A stretch of 64,000 nt of DNA from a virus: positions 34,002 to 98,001 of the IMG/VR virus record IMGVR_UViG_3300022538_000960. The stretch is one strand, 5' to 3'. How positions within the stretch are numbered: position 1 is the stretch's first letter; every line of letters starts with the position of its first letter. The translations under genes and the position numbers were made by a program. A model generated the notes under the pieces. That model saw only the letters and a list, made by a program, of their open reading frames with translations, was not told where the DNA came from and searched no databases. Positions 38,825 to 48,661 of the stretch are shown piece by piece.

Positions 38825-40037
38825 AGATCAATTGATGGCAGAGTCCAAAAATTATTTGGTTGAAAATACAGAGCTTAGAAACTTTAAACCAGGCAGTGTA
38901 ATCCGATCAATTTTGGAGTCCATAAATGGCCATATAGCTGAACAATATGAAATTATGACAATGAATCTGCTGCAAACATATATAACAACTGCAGTAGGTG
39001 ATGCACTCGATGAAATTGGGGCCCTGTTTAGTTTAACCAGAAATGAATCCCAAAGAGCCGTGGATACATCGCATAATAATTTTAAATTCTATATTGATTC
39101 ATTAACCGGCTATGTAGCTCAAACCCTATCTTCTGAGCAATATACTGCGAATCAAAACTCTGAAGTTTCAGAAACATACGTGCACGAAAATAGTTTTACT
39201 GTTCCTGCTGGAACTACAGTGTTTGCTGGTGATATTACGTACAAAACTACTGAGGATGCAGTGTTTTCTGGGTCAACTGTCGATGTATACGTACCAGTTG
39301 TGGCATCTGGATATGGTCCAGCTTTTAATATTCCGGCGTACCAATTGAAATCTTATACATTGGGCATTGAATTTTCCATAATTTCAAAATATCTGTATTG
39401 CGAAAATACCCAAACTATAAATTCTGGTAAGTTCCAAGAAAGTGATGATGAATTTAGATATAGGATAATCCATGCTCATGTTGGAAGTGCTAAATCAAAT
39501 GAAACAAGCGTCCGCTTAGCCGCTTTATCAATTCCGGGCGTGATTGATGTGATACTTCGAGAGTATGCCGCAGGAATTGGAACATTTGCAGTTCATGTTA
39601 TTGCAGAAAGCCCCATTCCAAATGTCGGCTTACTAAGTGCAGTCCAACAGGCAGTTGATTCCACAAGGGCATTTGGGATTAAGGCGCTGGCCCAGTATCC
39701 AGACTATAAAGGATTTGAAGGGACATTCAAGTTAAGATTTGTCCTTGGAACAACTACAGATGAAAAGGTTTTAATCATGCAGCAAGTCAGGATTGCGGCT
39801 GAATTGTATATAAACAATTTAGGATTCGGTGGGGAATTTATAGCTAATGAACTGATCCAAAGAATCATGGAAGTTAATGACAAGATTAAAGATGTCTCAG
39901 TTGTAGCGTTCGGAGCTGGCGATTATAACCCTTTGACAGGAATCAACGAGAACTATGGTCCGCTGATTTTTATGAATCAGACTTGTGGTCCCGACGAGAT
40001 GTGCATTGCTACTCCCGGAGGGATAGTAATCTGCTAA
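38802..40037 (+). CDS. Baseplate J/gp6-like wedge protein
   Basis: TTG start after GGAGG (38791); PGSVIRSILE, TAVGDALDEIG, VPAGT, ESDDEFRYRI, AALSIPGV. Confidence 0.85.
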   Translation: MRFLSKSKDQLMAESKNYLVENTELRNFKPGSVIRSILESINGHIAEQYEIMTMNLLQTYITTAVGDALDEIGALFSLTRNESQRAVDTSHNNFKFYIDSLTGYVAQTLSSEQYTANQNSEVSETYVHENSFTVPAGTTVFAGDITYKTTEDAVFSGSTVDVYVPVVASGYGPAFNIPAYQLKSYTLGIEFSIISKYLYCENTQTINSGKFQESDDEFRYRIIHAHVGSAKSNETSVRLAALSIPGVIDVILREYAAGIGTFAVHVIAESPIPNVGLLSAVQQAVDSTRAFGIKALAQYPDYKGFEGTFKLRFVLGTTTDEKVLIMQQVRIAAELYINNLGFGGEFIANELIQRIMEVNDKIKDVSVVAFGAGDYNPLTGINENYGPLIFMNQTCGPDEMCIATPGGIVIC

Positions 40038-41833
40038 TGTTTGAAATTTACAAAATATTACTTGACAAACATCTCGAGTATCCTAGATGGATGAATGTGG
40101 GAAGTAATCCAAAGGATCCACTCTATCAAACTATTGGTATACATAAAAACCTCTCTCTTCATATGACATCGCAGGTACAGCCATTGCTTGATAAGTTTCA
40201 TTGGAATGAACTCGAACTTCAAATTCTCATCAATGAATCCGGGGATTTCTTTGGGGATGGCTGGGAAATTAAAAATGTGCTTGATTATTCTGATTATGAA
40301 AGTGATATCCCCACGAGTCTGGAATATATTTTATCGTTTTCTGGAGAATTTCCTTCGGACATCTATGAAGATTTGTATTCAATTTGTTACGTGGATGATC
40401 TCTCCGGGTTCTTTTATGTTGCGGGTACCAGCGGTATCTATTCCATGGATCTGAGCGGTTCAATATATGATTCATATTATTATAATTCGCGCTCGGTTGA
40501 AACGGATTTGGATATATTGGATAGTATGGCGGAGTTAGACTGCACACCCATATCGGGGTCTTTTCATCTATACGATATTTATGATCTTGATGCATTTGAT
40601 AATGCAGTTGAAGTGGACCAAGATCAATATATTTTATCCGGTAATTATGTTTATGTCCCCCACGTTAGTGGGGTCTATTTGGCTAAATATGATTGTTATC
40701 TGTATCAGCCGCCAATAAGTTTGAAAACGAAGAAAAAGCCATGGTGTCACTACTCGGATAGCGGATTTTTAATATTTGGGAATTCATATGAATATGATGG
40801 TACGCATGTACATTTTGAGAATTCCGACATTGAAATTGGAGCGGATCGAGTATTTTCTATTGTTCCATTTGATTGCCGCCCATGGAAGTCATTAGAAATT
40901 TGTTACGAATATATAAGACAATATCATATATTGTGGGATTCTTCTTCGCAGATAGTAATATACCCTGTTTCAGGAGAGAGTTTTTATCCGAATCCTTCGG
41001 CATTCTCTCAGACACTGACTAGCGACACAATTGCGTATTACTATGATGGTAAATTATATGGAGACTATGTTCCCGGAAGTTCGGTATATTATAAATTTGA
41101 AATCAGTGGGGACTATTCTGAAGAAATGCTGGATATTTATCCAATAAATGGGGGGATTTTCGATCTTTTTTATTGGACGCATGGGAGTGTCTGTTATCCA
41201 GTTTCTGGACATAGTGCCCTTGAGTATTCTGAATCTGGGGATATAGATGATTATGTCATGGCTGGGGATCATTATGTTCCATCTACGATTATTCATTTTT
41301 ACGCAGATGAATTTGCGGAACAGGTTCAGTCTGCGCCACTTAGTCGGTTTTCTGTAAAAAAATTCATATATTGTGCGGGCATGACCAAATATTTTGATAG
41401 GACATTCTTTTTAACAGATGAATTAGTAATATATGATGATCATGGAAATCGTTATTACATATTGACGCAGGAACCAGAAACATTTTATGTTGTTGACGAA
41501 AATGGAAATATTTATAATCGATCATACATGCATCTGGAATACAGTCCTGAGATCAAGGCGGTTGGACTGACATCAGTTGGAGATTATTTGGTTGTCGGTT
41601 TATATTACAAGAGATTTATATTGATTTATTACAATCCGAGAACTGGAAATAAAATTGGTTATGAATTCCAATTCGAATTGGACGATCCAAAAGATTTTAC
41701 TATTGGATACGACCGACTATATATTTTGGACGATAATAGAATACACGAAATCAAATTAAGGCACGATTATGGCATATATGTAAATGATGCGACATATCTG
41801 CGAGAAAATTATAATAGAATATGGAAGGTATAG
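40037..41833 (+). CDS. Acidic baseplate/outer virion protein A (full-length copy)
   Basis: TAATG coupling to the J gene; Tyr/Asp/Ser-Gly rich; N-terminal YP.WM motif. Confidence 0.65.
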   Translation: MFEIYKILLDKHLEYPRWMNVGSNPKDPLYQTIGIHKNLSLHMTSQVQPLLDKFHWNELELQILINESGDFFGDGWEIKNVLDYSDYESDIPTSLEYILSFSGEFPSDIYEDLYSICYVDDLSGFFYVAGTSGIYSMDLSGSIYDSYYYNSRSVETDLDILDSMAELDCTPISGSFHLYDIYDLDAFDNAVEVDQDQYILSGNYVYVPHVSGVYLAKYDCYLYQPPISLKTKKKPWCHYSDSGFLIFGNSYEYDGTHVHFENSDIEIGADRVFSIVPFDCRPWKSLEICYEYIRQYHILWDSSSQIVIYPVSGESFYPNPSAFSQTLTSDTIAYYYDGKLYGDYVPGSSVYYKFEISGDYSEEMLDIYPINGGIFDLFYWTHGSVCYPVSGHSALEYSESGDIDDYVMAGDHYVPSTIIHFYADEFAEQVQSAPLSRFSVKKFIYCAGMTKYFDRTFFLTDELVIYDDHGNRYYILTQEPETFYVVDENGNIYNRSYMHLEYSPEIKAVGLTSVGDYLVVGLYYKRFILIYYNPRTGNKIGYEFQFELDDPKDFTIGYDRLYILDDNRIHEIKLRHDYGIYVNDATYLRENYNRIWKV

Positions 41834-41836
41834 ATT

Positions 41837-42256
41837 ATGGCTGAAAGCGTCGGAAATTTTAATTGGCACTACGACAATAATGGCCATTATGAGTTGTCTT
41901 GGGATCTAACCCCCGGGGCTGGATCATTATTTATTGGCATATCTGATGATCAATTTTTGGATCTTGTGGGGTGCAACAATATTGGAAATGTAACAACACA
42001 TACATTTGATGGTGACCTAAATGCATATTATGTTGTAATTTATAAATCGGATGCTGATACGGTTACAAAAATTAAAATTTATCCCCCAGGATTGCTGATG
42101 CGTGGCTACCAAGATTCCACGATTGGAAAAGATAATATTTTATATATTGCATACGGCGTATATCTATTGAAGATACAATTAAGATTTGATTTTTGCAAAG
42201 CCATCGGTGGAAAAGTATATACAAAGGAACTATATAATCGGATAAGGACTTTTTGA
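41837..42256 (+). CDS. Virion protein whose C-terminal ~50 aa match the C-terminus of protein A
   Basis: QDSTIGKDNILYI....KIQLRFDF....VYTKELYNRI vs KDFTIGYDRLYI....EIKLRHDY....TYLRENYNRI. Confidence 0.6.
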   Translation: MAESVGNFNWHYDNNGHYELSWDLTPGAGSLFIGISDDQFLDLVGCNNIGNVTTHTFDGDLNAYYVVIYKSDADTVTKIKIYPPGLLMRGYQDSTIGKDNILYIAYGVYLLKIQLRFDFCKAIGGKVYTKELYNRIRTF

Positions 42257-42257
42257 A

Positions 42258-42737
42258 ATGAATTTCTATGATCCAAGTAATGGCGATCCAATAAATGTCT
42301 CCGGGATTGTATTTAGCGGCATAGAAGGAATGGATTGTCAAATACCCGCGGGCGAATTCCAATCAAGAACTTATGATGGGGCAGGATCGGAATTAAATAA
42401 TACGAAATACGTAAATAAGTATTTTGCAGAATCGAATAGATCAATAAATAGGAATCTGTCTGAATTCGAAGCAGAATATGCGACAATTAAGATCACCGGT
42501 TTGGATGGCGATGAATATATTACTGCCCATGGGGATACCCAGACAGAACCTCCGGGTGGAAGCGGGAACGTATCAGTATATGCATTTTGCCCGGGGTATG
42601 AAGAGTGGTATGAATTAGATAATTGTGCTGGAAAATCTATGAAATTGGACATTGACGGAGGAATAGCTTATGTGGGTTTATCTGCAAAACTATTAAGGAA
42701 TGTAGATAACCCTATAATCAATTTTTGGATTTATTAA
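42258..42737 (+). CDS. Hypothetical virion protein
   Basis: Tightly packed + strand ORF, acidic. Confidence 0.55.
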   Translation: MNFYDPSNGDPINVSGIVFSGIEGMDCQIPAGEFQSRTYDGAGSELNNTKYVNKYFAESNRSINRNLSEFEAEYATIKITGLDGDEYITAHGDTQTEPPGGSGNVSVYAFCPGYEEWYELDNCAGKSMKLDIDGGIAYVGLSAKLLRNVDNPIINFWIY

Positions 42738-43564
42738 TGAACACGACTCTTAATACATTGCTTGATAAATATCCGTCATGGATGAGATTGCGAAAATTGG
42801 GGGACCCCATTCATGGAATTTTCGAATCTCTTGGGATTCATCTGCTTAATCTTGAGAGAGGGAGTAGACGTTCATATTATAGCAGTTTCTTGGTTACAAG
42901 CGATGTAGATGCTGATTCCAGTTATAATATGTATCATATTCTTTCTGGAGATATCAATGAAACGAGTATAATTTCTGGCTATTATGACACCATGGATGCA
43001 ACTGGCGAAATGGATCTCATAAAATTGGATGAGGATGAAACCGAGGATTATTATCCAACTCGCGCATTTGCAATGGAAAAAATTTTACTGCCGGAATCTG
43101 GGTATATTGCTGGACTTTGCTATTTGGATGAAATTATATCTGGCATTTTATTAGTAAGTTATGATCAATATGGTTCGGTATTTTCTTTGGATGAAAATTA
43201 TGAATCTCTGGGTAGCACTTCGTATTGCCTAGCCACGGCCGAGTTTTATCCAGAATTTGTGCCTCTTTCTGGGGATTTATATAAAGCTGATTTATTTCAT
43301 GAACCATTGACTTATGAATTTGAAGATATTTATAATGCAGGTGTTTCAATTAGTGGGGTTTTTGTGGAAGGACAATATGCATTTGCTTTTGAAAGTGATT
43401 TGCAAAGCTATGGTAGGGTTTTGGCGCACATAACTTATGAATTATGTGCATGCCCCTATCGAATTAAAACCGACATATACAAGTGGCAGTATTTTTATGA
43501 ATCAGAAATGCCAGATATATTACTGGCTAATTATATAGTGATTTCAGGATCGGAGCTATGTTAG
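42737..43564 (+). CDS. Paralogue of the N-terminal part of protein A
   Basis: LLDKYPSWM, LGIH, LCYLDEIISG, PYRIKTDIYKW align with LLDKHLEYPRWM, IGIH, ICYVDDLSG, PISLKTKKKPW. Confidence 0.65.
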   Translation: MNTTLNTLLDKYPSWMRLRKLGDPIHGIFESLGIHLLNLERGSRRSYYSSFLVTSDVDADSSYNMYHILSGDINETSIISGYYDTMDATGEMDLIKLDEDETEDYYPTRAFAMEKILLPESGYIAGLCYLDEIISGILLVSYDQYGSVFSLDENYESLGSTSYCLATAEFYPEFVPLSGDLYKADLFHEPLTYEFEDIYNAGVSISGVFVEGQYAFAFESDLQSYGRVLAHITYELCACPYRIKTDIYKWQYFYESEMPDILLANYIVISGSELC

Positions 43565-44529
43565 AGAGCGGCGTATATTTAACCTGGGACAGAATACCAT
43601 TCGAATTCTCGGATACCATCTCGGGGGATTATATCTATTTGAAGTGTGACCCATATGACGTCTTGCCGGGTGAAATTGCAATGGTGGAGTTTGATTATCA
43701 AACATTCCATTGTGAACAACATCTTGGCAACATGGTTCATATTTTTGCTGATAATCTTCTTGAGGATTCTGTGAGATGTTTCATTCCAAATCCAAATGGT
43801 AATGATCCGATTTTTTACCAGCCCGGGCTTAATTTTGTGTATGATTCTGATGTTTCCGGATCGATTCCCTTATACTCAGTCGAATTTTCTGGGAATTATT
43901 ATCCGGATGATATGTACTTATACTTGCCATGTGATGATACATACTATATTACATATTATACTCAAGAGTCCAAGACATATTATCCCAGAGGACAATCCTC
44001 ACATGAAGTCTGGCCGGTCGTTGATTATACTTGGAACGCTGACTATGAGTTGAGGAATGGAATTGTATATCCTTCGACGATATTGACCCTGTGTGATCCG
44101 GATGAACACATAAATCGGATATTGACCTCGAGTCCGCAGAGGGCATTCACGATTTACCATCAAATTTATTTCTGTGGATCTGCATTCGACATCAGGAATA
44201 GTAAATTCTTATTTATTAATCATAAAGGCCTTTTGGTAAGTGAAAGCGGAGAGAGATGGTACATAAGATATCCGGAAGGCGGGGCTATGACCGCCATTCT
44301 GAATCCTCAATCCAAGCAGACAGTAAATGGAAGGGCGGCGGAACTTAAGGAGTTGCAATGCTTTGAGCCAAATTGGGATATTACTTTTCGGAGCATGGTT
44401 AATTACCAAAATTATATCCTACTGGTCGGTGATTATGATGGAAAATTATACTTATTTGTATTGGACCCAACTAGATTGCCAAGAATTGTTAAGTGTATAG
44501 AAATCAGCAATTTAGGCAACGTTGTATAA
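43558..44529 (+). CDS. Paralogue of the middle part of protein A
   Basis: PYDVLP, PNP, EFSGNY, YPSTIL, SSPQRAFTI..IYFCG, GERWYI align with PFDCRP, PNP, EISGDY, VPSTII, SAPLSRFSV..IYCAG, GNRYYI. Confidence 0.65.
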   Translation: MLESGVYLTWDRIPFEFSDTISGDYIYLKCDPYDVLPGEIAMVEFDYQTFHCEQHLGNMVHIFADNLLEDSVRCFIPNPNGNDPIFYQPGLNFVYDSDVSGSIPLYSVEFSGNYYPDDMYLYLPCDDTYYITYYTQESKTYYPRGQSSHEVWPVVDYTWNADYELRNGIVYPSTILTLCDPDEHINRILTSSPQRAFTIYHQIYFCGSAFDIRNSKFLFINHKGLLVSESGERWYIRYPEGGAMTAILNPQSKQTVNGRAAELKELQCFEPNWDITFRSMVNYQNYILLVGDYDGKLYLFVLDPTRLPRIVKCIEISNLGNVV

Positions 44530-44559
44530 AATAAATTATAGTTGGTGAGAATCGGGATC

Positions 44560-44573
44560 TGAGCTATAACATT
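44560..44573 (+). promoter_or_regulatory. Conserved motif TGAGCTATAACATT, copy 3
   Basis: Exact repeat in a 65-nt intergenic gap. Confidence 0.6.
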
Positions 44574-44594
44574 GGTTGAAATAGTATATAAACG

Positions 44595-46262
44595 ATGGAA
44601 GAAATAACTAGTTTTATCAAAATTCCCCTGTGGAACAGTTTCGACGAATTTGGCCTTCTTTTAGGACTGGAACGGCTTCCAGGAGAAACCAATCGGGAAT
44701 TTAGGATCAGAATCTATAATGCGGGCAAGTATTTTGGTTCCTCAACAAAACAAGGAATAATAAATGCTACCAGTGTGGAATTAGGCTTAGCCCGTTATTG
44801 TTCAACAGATAAAACTTTCTTCTTTCTTACATATCAACCTCTTCTGTGGGATCCAGATACAAGAGAGCCGTTGTCAATTAGAGTCTGGGTAAATGGCGAA
44901 GAATGGCAAGATTACGACACAGATCCTACATTGAATCGGTATTTCAGACTTTGGAAGCTACCTAATGGTGAGACCACACGGGCTGTAGAAATTAGCGAAG
45001 GATTTACTAATGGCAGCAGTGTTAAAATTGTTTATTATAGAATAGAAGATGAGTCCGCAGAGCGATGGGTTGATGAGTCTATCTATCCGGATGAAACATT
45101 TATTGCGTATCACGAAGAGACTCCAACCGCCGGACAGATTGAAATTTTTGAAATAAATGACCCCGATTTTAAAGAACGATATTTTTTCGATAGTGATGGG
45201 AATCCCAATAGCCTATATGAATCAATTGTTAAGCAAATTCATCAGCTCTATCCAATTCTCTGGGGACAGTTTATATGGGACAAAACCTATTTTGATGTCG
45301 GAGATGAGAAATTTAGTGGTCTGGAATATATGCCTTCCAGATTTGATGCTTCAAAAGAATTTTTAGCATCGGGAGATTTTGGATCTGGAATTGGCTATGG
45401 GACGGATTGCGCAGTATATGATAGTGTAAATCTATCAGGAGGATATCAGTATGTACTAATCCACCCTGGATATTTTTACCTGACAAATCGAGAATACTAT
45501 CTATACGGCCAAAAATGTCGAGAAATTGATCCTTCAGGACTCTACACTTATCATAGCCCAATAGTCGTTAGCATTCCAGATGTTTCTGGAATTCCTGGGG
45601 AAAGTCTTTATTATGATGATCACTTTGGTGAAACATGGATGGATGAACGGATCCATTATCAATACTTGCACGTTTCTGATCTTTCAGGATGTCTGAGCGG
45701 GGATTACGATGGAATGTGGGATGTTCCATGGTTCCATATAGATCAGTCCGGCAATTTTACCATTAGTGGGGATCCGGCAGAATATCTGGTTGAATATGAC
45801 ATAAGTGGATATTATGAATTTGGTTTGGATTTTAATCCTTGCCATCATTCGAATATTTCGGACAGATTCCTTGTGATAAGGGAAGAACCTCTTGTTCCGT
45901 GGCGCGTGGAAGTTACATATGTGGATGGATATTTGAAGCGAGCTCCAAATCTCTATGATCCTCCATCTCCTCATCCATATCCGGATAATGATTTGACAGT
46001 CAGAGTTGATGTCTATGATCAATTTGGGGCGCTCATAACTGATCCCGAATGGACGGTGAGACTAATATTGAAATACCACAATATTATAATTGGGACCATT
46101 ACGGAATCTTTGGATGAAGATGGGAGCTTCTATCATAATTTCGAAAATATTCTCGATTTTAGTTTAACTACTCCCGAGGATATATTGGCCACTGCCACTT
46201 TATTATTGAATGGAATAGAAACCACTGTCAAGGGTTATTTAACAATACCAGTAGGATTATGA
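44595..46262 (+). CDS. Baseplate wedge-associated protein
   Basis: N-terminal WNSFDEFGLLLGLERLPGETNREFRIRI resembles baseplate wedge (gp7/gpI-like) N-termini. Confidence 0.55.
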   Translation: MEEITSFIKIPLWNSFDEFGLLLGLERLPGETNREFRIRIYNAGKYFGSSTKQGIINATSVELGLARYCSTDKTFFFLTYQPLLWDPDTREPLSIRVWVNGEEWQDYDTDPTLNRYFRLWKLPNGETTRAVEISEGFTNGSSVKIVYYRIEDESAERWVDESIYPDETFIAYHEETPTAGQIEIFEINDPDFKERYFFDSDGNPNSLYESIVKQIHQLYPILWGQFIWDKTYFDVGDEKFSGLEYMPSRFDASKEFLASGDFGSGIGYGTDCAVYDSVNLSGGYQYVLIHPGYFYLTNREYYLYGQKCREIDPSGLYTYHSPIVVSIPDVSGIPGESLYYDDHFGETWMDERIHYQYLHVSDLSGCLSGDYDGMWDVPWFHIDQSGNFTISGDPAEYLVEYDISGYYEFGLDFNPCHHSNISDRFLVIREEPLVPWRVEVTYVDGYLKRAPNLYDPPSPHPYPDNDLTVRVDVYDQFGALITDPEWTVRLILKYHNIIIGTITESLDEDGSFYHNFENILDFSLTTPEDILATATLLLNGIETTVKGYLTIPVGL

Positions 46263-48661
46263 GACTTTTAACACAAGAAAAATTATTCGGGAAGGAATGG
46301 ATTCAGGAATATCAGCAGACTGAACCAGATAGGGCGAATTTCCAGGTTGATGAACAGGATACTGGCTTCGGTTATCCACAGCCAGACATATCAATGAATT
46401 CCGATGGGTACTTTGTAATAGTTTGGCCCTCAGTGTATGGGGGTAGTAACTATGAAAGTATTTTGGCTAAGGTGTATGATGCCAATGGAGATCAAGTTGG
46501 TCCCATAATTGATGTCGTCTCACATGCGTCTGGATCGTATGGGCCATCTGTTGCCCTCAACGATGATGGAAATTTCTTAGTGGCGTGGGTCGACGAAAGA
46601 TTGAATCCGACTTTTCAAGATGTAGTGTATGCTAAACAATATGACTTAGCAGGAGATGTGGTGACGCCAGAATACCTAGTGAGCGTTGATATTAGTGGAA
46701 CCGCCACCAGAGCTTGGCCCACTAGATTGGCCTGCGGTAATGATAGATTTGTGGTTGTCTGGGGTGAATATGATAATTTGTGTGCCCAATTACGTAATTC
46801 TGATCTCGACATAGTTGGACATGAGAATTTTCCTGTAATGAGTGGAATGGAAAATTCTGACAATTATATGTTTGATGTGGATATGGCGGCTGGGGGAGAT
46901 TTTGTAATTGTCGGCGTTAGCGGCGAGGATGTATATGCCGCAACATATGATTTGGATGGAAATCGAGACCAAGATTGGGGAGATGAAATTCGATGTAATG
47001 AAGTCAATGACGAGTGTATATATTGGGACGTTGGAATTGGGATGAATGACGCCAGAGAGTGGGTTGTTGCATGGGGAAGCAATAGAGATTGGATACCAGA
47101 TGTTAATGGTCATAATATATATGCACAAAAATATAATTTCCTCACACCCCATGGAGCCAATTTCAAAGTTAATGATACCCTCGATTGGCTTTGGAATGCA
47201 TATCCTGATGCCAGCGTAGCCAATGATGGCAATTTTATTATCACATGGGACGATACAAGAAATGATCCTTGGAATAATTCGGACATATATGCTCAAATAT
47301 TCGACTCCAGTTGTAATCCGACAGCAGTGGGAAATATTCCAATTGTCGATTTTGACCAGCTTGGCGTTATATATCAAGCTAGTAGTGAAGTTGCATTCTT
47401 GAGTCCGAGTAGATACGCGGTTGCATTCGATGACGATAGAAATAGCTATGCACAACTGGGTGTATGGGCTCAATTTTCAGCTTTTAGTTTCCAAGTATCT
47501 GGTGAGTATAAGGAGATATCTTGTTGCCCATTAGCATATGTTTCCGCTGGTCAATCATTGCCAGGCACTGCATCTTTTGGAGCCGATCATTGCAATGAAA
47601 TTTATCCGAATATTACGCCTTCGACGTACTTCTTTGAAATGCCATTTGTTGAAACAGATTTGGGCGAGTTGCTAGAATTGCCATTTACTCAATTTGGGAT
47701 GCTCCCAATGCAACATTTAAATGCATTCATTTTTAGCCCCTACGCATTGTATGAGGGTCTTGAATATTCTGCCAAGTTTAATAAAATAATACTGCCATAT
47801 AAATATGAACTGAGATTTGATCACCTTGTTCGGAGTAAATCCCCCGGTGAAAATATCAAGCTCTATGATCATAATGGTGTTGAAATCCCGAAGCAATATT
47901 ATCAAGTTTTAATCTTTGACTCGTATAGGATATTTCCTGAAACATATGATCCTAGAGCATACGGGCCATTCATTGTTGGAATTTCACAAGTAGATTGTGC
48001 GAAAGCCAGATCTTGTCAGGGGAAAAACATTTGGGGAGAAGATTGGGGCACTTCGGAATTTTTAGAACGGCGACTTTGGGAATCTGAGCACCCAGAATCT
48101 GAGCGGCCGACGACAAGTGGGGATTATGATGCGGATGAGAATGAAGGATATTGGAATAGAATTGACGATGGAAGATATACTGTCGGGGCGTTTGAGGATT
48201 TCTATGTTTCTGAAGCCGGATTTTGGGGACAAGATTGTATTTCCGGCCATGTTATATATACTGATAGCGATTCAGATACAATAGATCGAGGTGTAGGCAT
48301 TGGCGATGCAACTTTCGATATTTCTGGCGTATATATTTCTGGTGAATGCTATCCAATTTCATTATTAACCTCATATAAATATTTAAGTGGTGATGATTAT
48401 TATGACGAAGAGCCGAAAAGAATTGTATTGTTACTTCCAGAATTCCTTTGTTTCCAGGATGGATTAACAGTATGGGTTGAATATAATAAATTTGTAAGAT
48501 ATATTGACCACAGAGGAGCCATAGTTGAATACTTTCATCCCAGATATCGAGAGATTATAAATCCAAGACTGTTGGCTAGGCAAAACAAAGACTATATGCT
48601 GGTGAGTCCTGATGGTGTAAGATTATATTTTGCATGGATCGTTGAGGCGCTGAATATATAA
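46259..48661 (+). CDS. Virion protein with beta-propeller-like repeats
   Basis: Repeats P.(V/I)(A/S)....G.F...W.D.R....IYAQ.(F/Y) over the first ~410 aa. Confidence 0.65.
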   Translation: MRLLTQEKLFGKEWIQEYQQTEPDRANFQVDEQDTGFGYPQPDISMNSDGYFVIVWPSVYGGSNYESILAKVYDANGDQVGPIIDVVSHASGSYGPSVALNDDGNFLVAWVDERLNPTFQDVVYAKQYDLAGDVVTPEYLVSVDISGTATRAWPTRLACGNDRFVVVWGEYDNLCAQLRNSDLDIVGHENFPVMSGMENSDNYMFDVDMAAGGDFVIVGVSGEDVYAATYDLDGNRDQDWGDEIRCNEVNDECIYWDVGIGMNDAREWVVAWGSNRDWIPDVNGHNIYAQKYNFLTPHGANFKVNDTLDWLWNAYPDASVANDGNFIITWDDTRNDPWNNSDIYAQIFDSSCNPTAVGNIPIVDFDQLGVIYQASSEVAFLSPSRYAVAFDDDRNSYAQLGVWAQFSAFSFQVSGEYKEISCCPLAYVSAGQSLPGTASFGADHCNEIYPNITPSTYFFEMPFVETDLGELLELPFTQFGMLPMQHLNAFIFSPYALYEGLEYSAKFNKIILPYKYELRFDHLVRSKSPGENIKLYDHNGVEIPKQYYQVLIFDSYRIFPETYDPRAYGPFIVGISQVDCAKARSCQGKNIWGEDWGTSEFLERRLWESEHPESERPTTSGDYDADENEGYWNRIDDGRYTVGAFEDFYVSEAGFWGQDCISGHVIYTDSDSDTIDRGVGIGDATFDISGVYISGECYPISLLTSYKYLSGDDYYDEEPKRIVLLLPEFLCFQDGLTVWVEYNKFVRYIDHRGAIVEYFHPRYREIINPRLLARQNKDYMLVSPDGVRLYFAWIVEALNI

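Noticed and set aside
8444-40037. Extracellular contractile injection system or tailocin rather than a phage
   Set aside because: Capsid, protease/scaffold and neck genes are present in the same operon.
43546-43559. GGATCGGAGCTAT resembling the flank of motif copy 3 (GGATCTGAGCTAT)
   Set aside because: Lacks the AACATT half and lies in coding sequence; may be chance.
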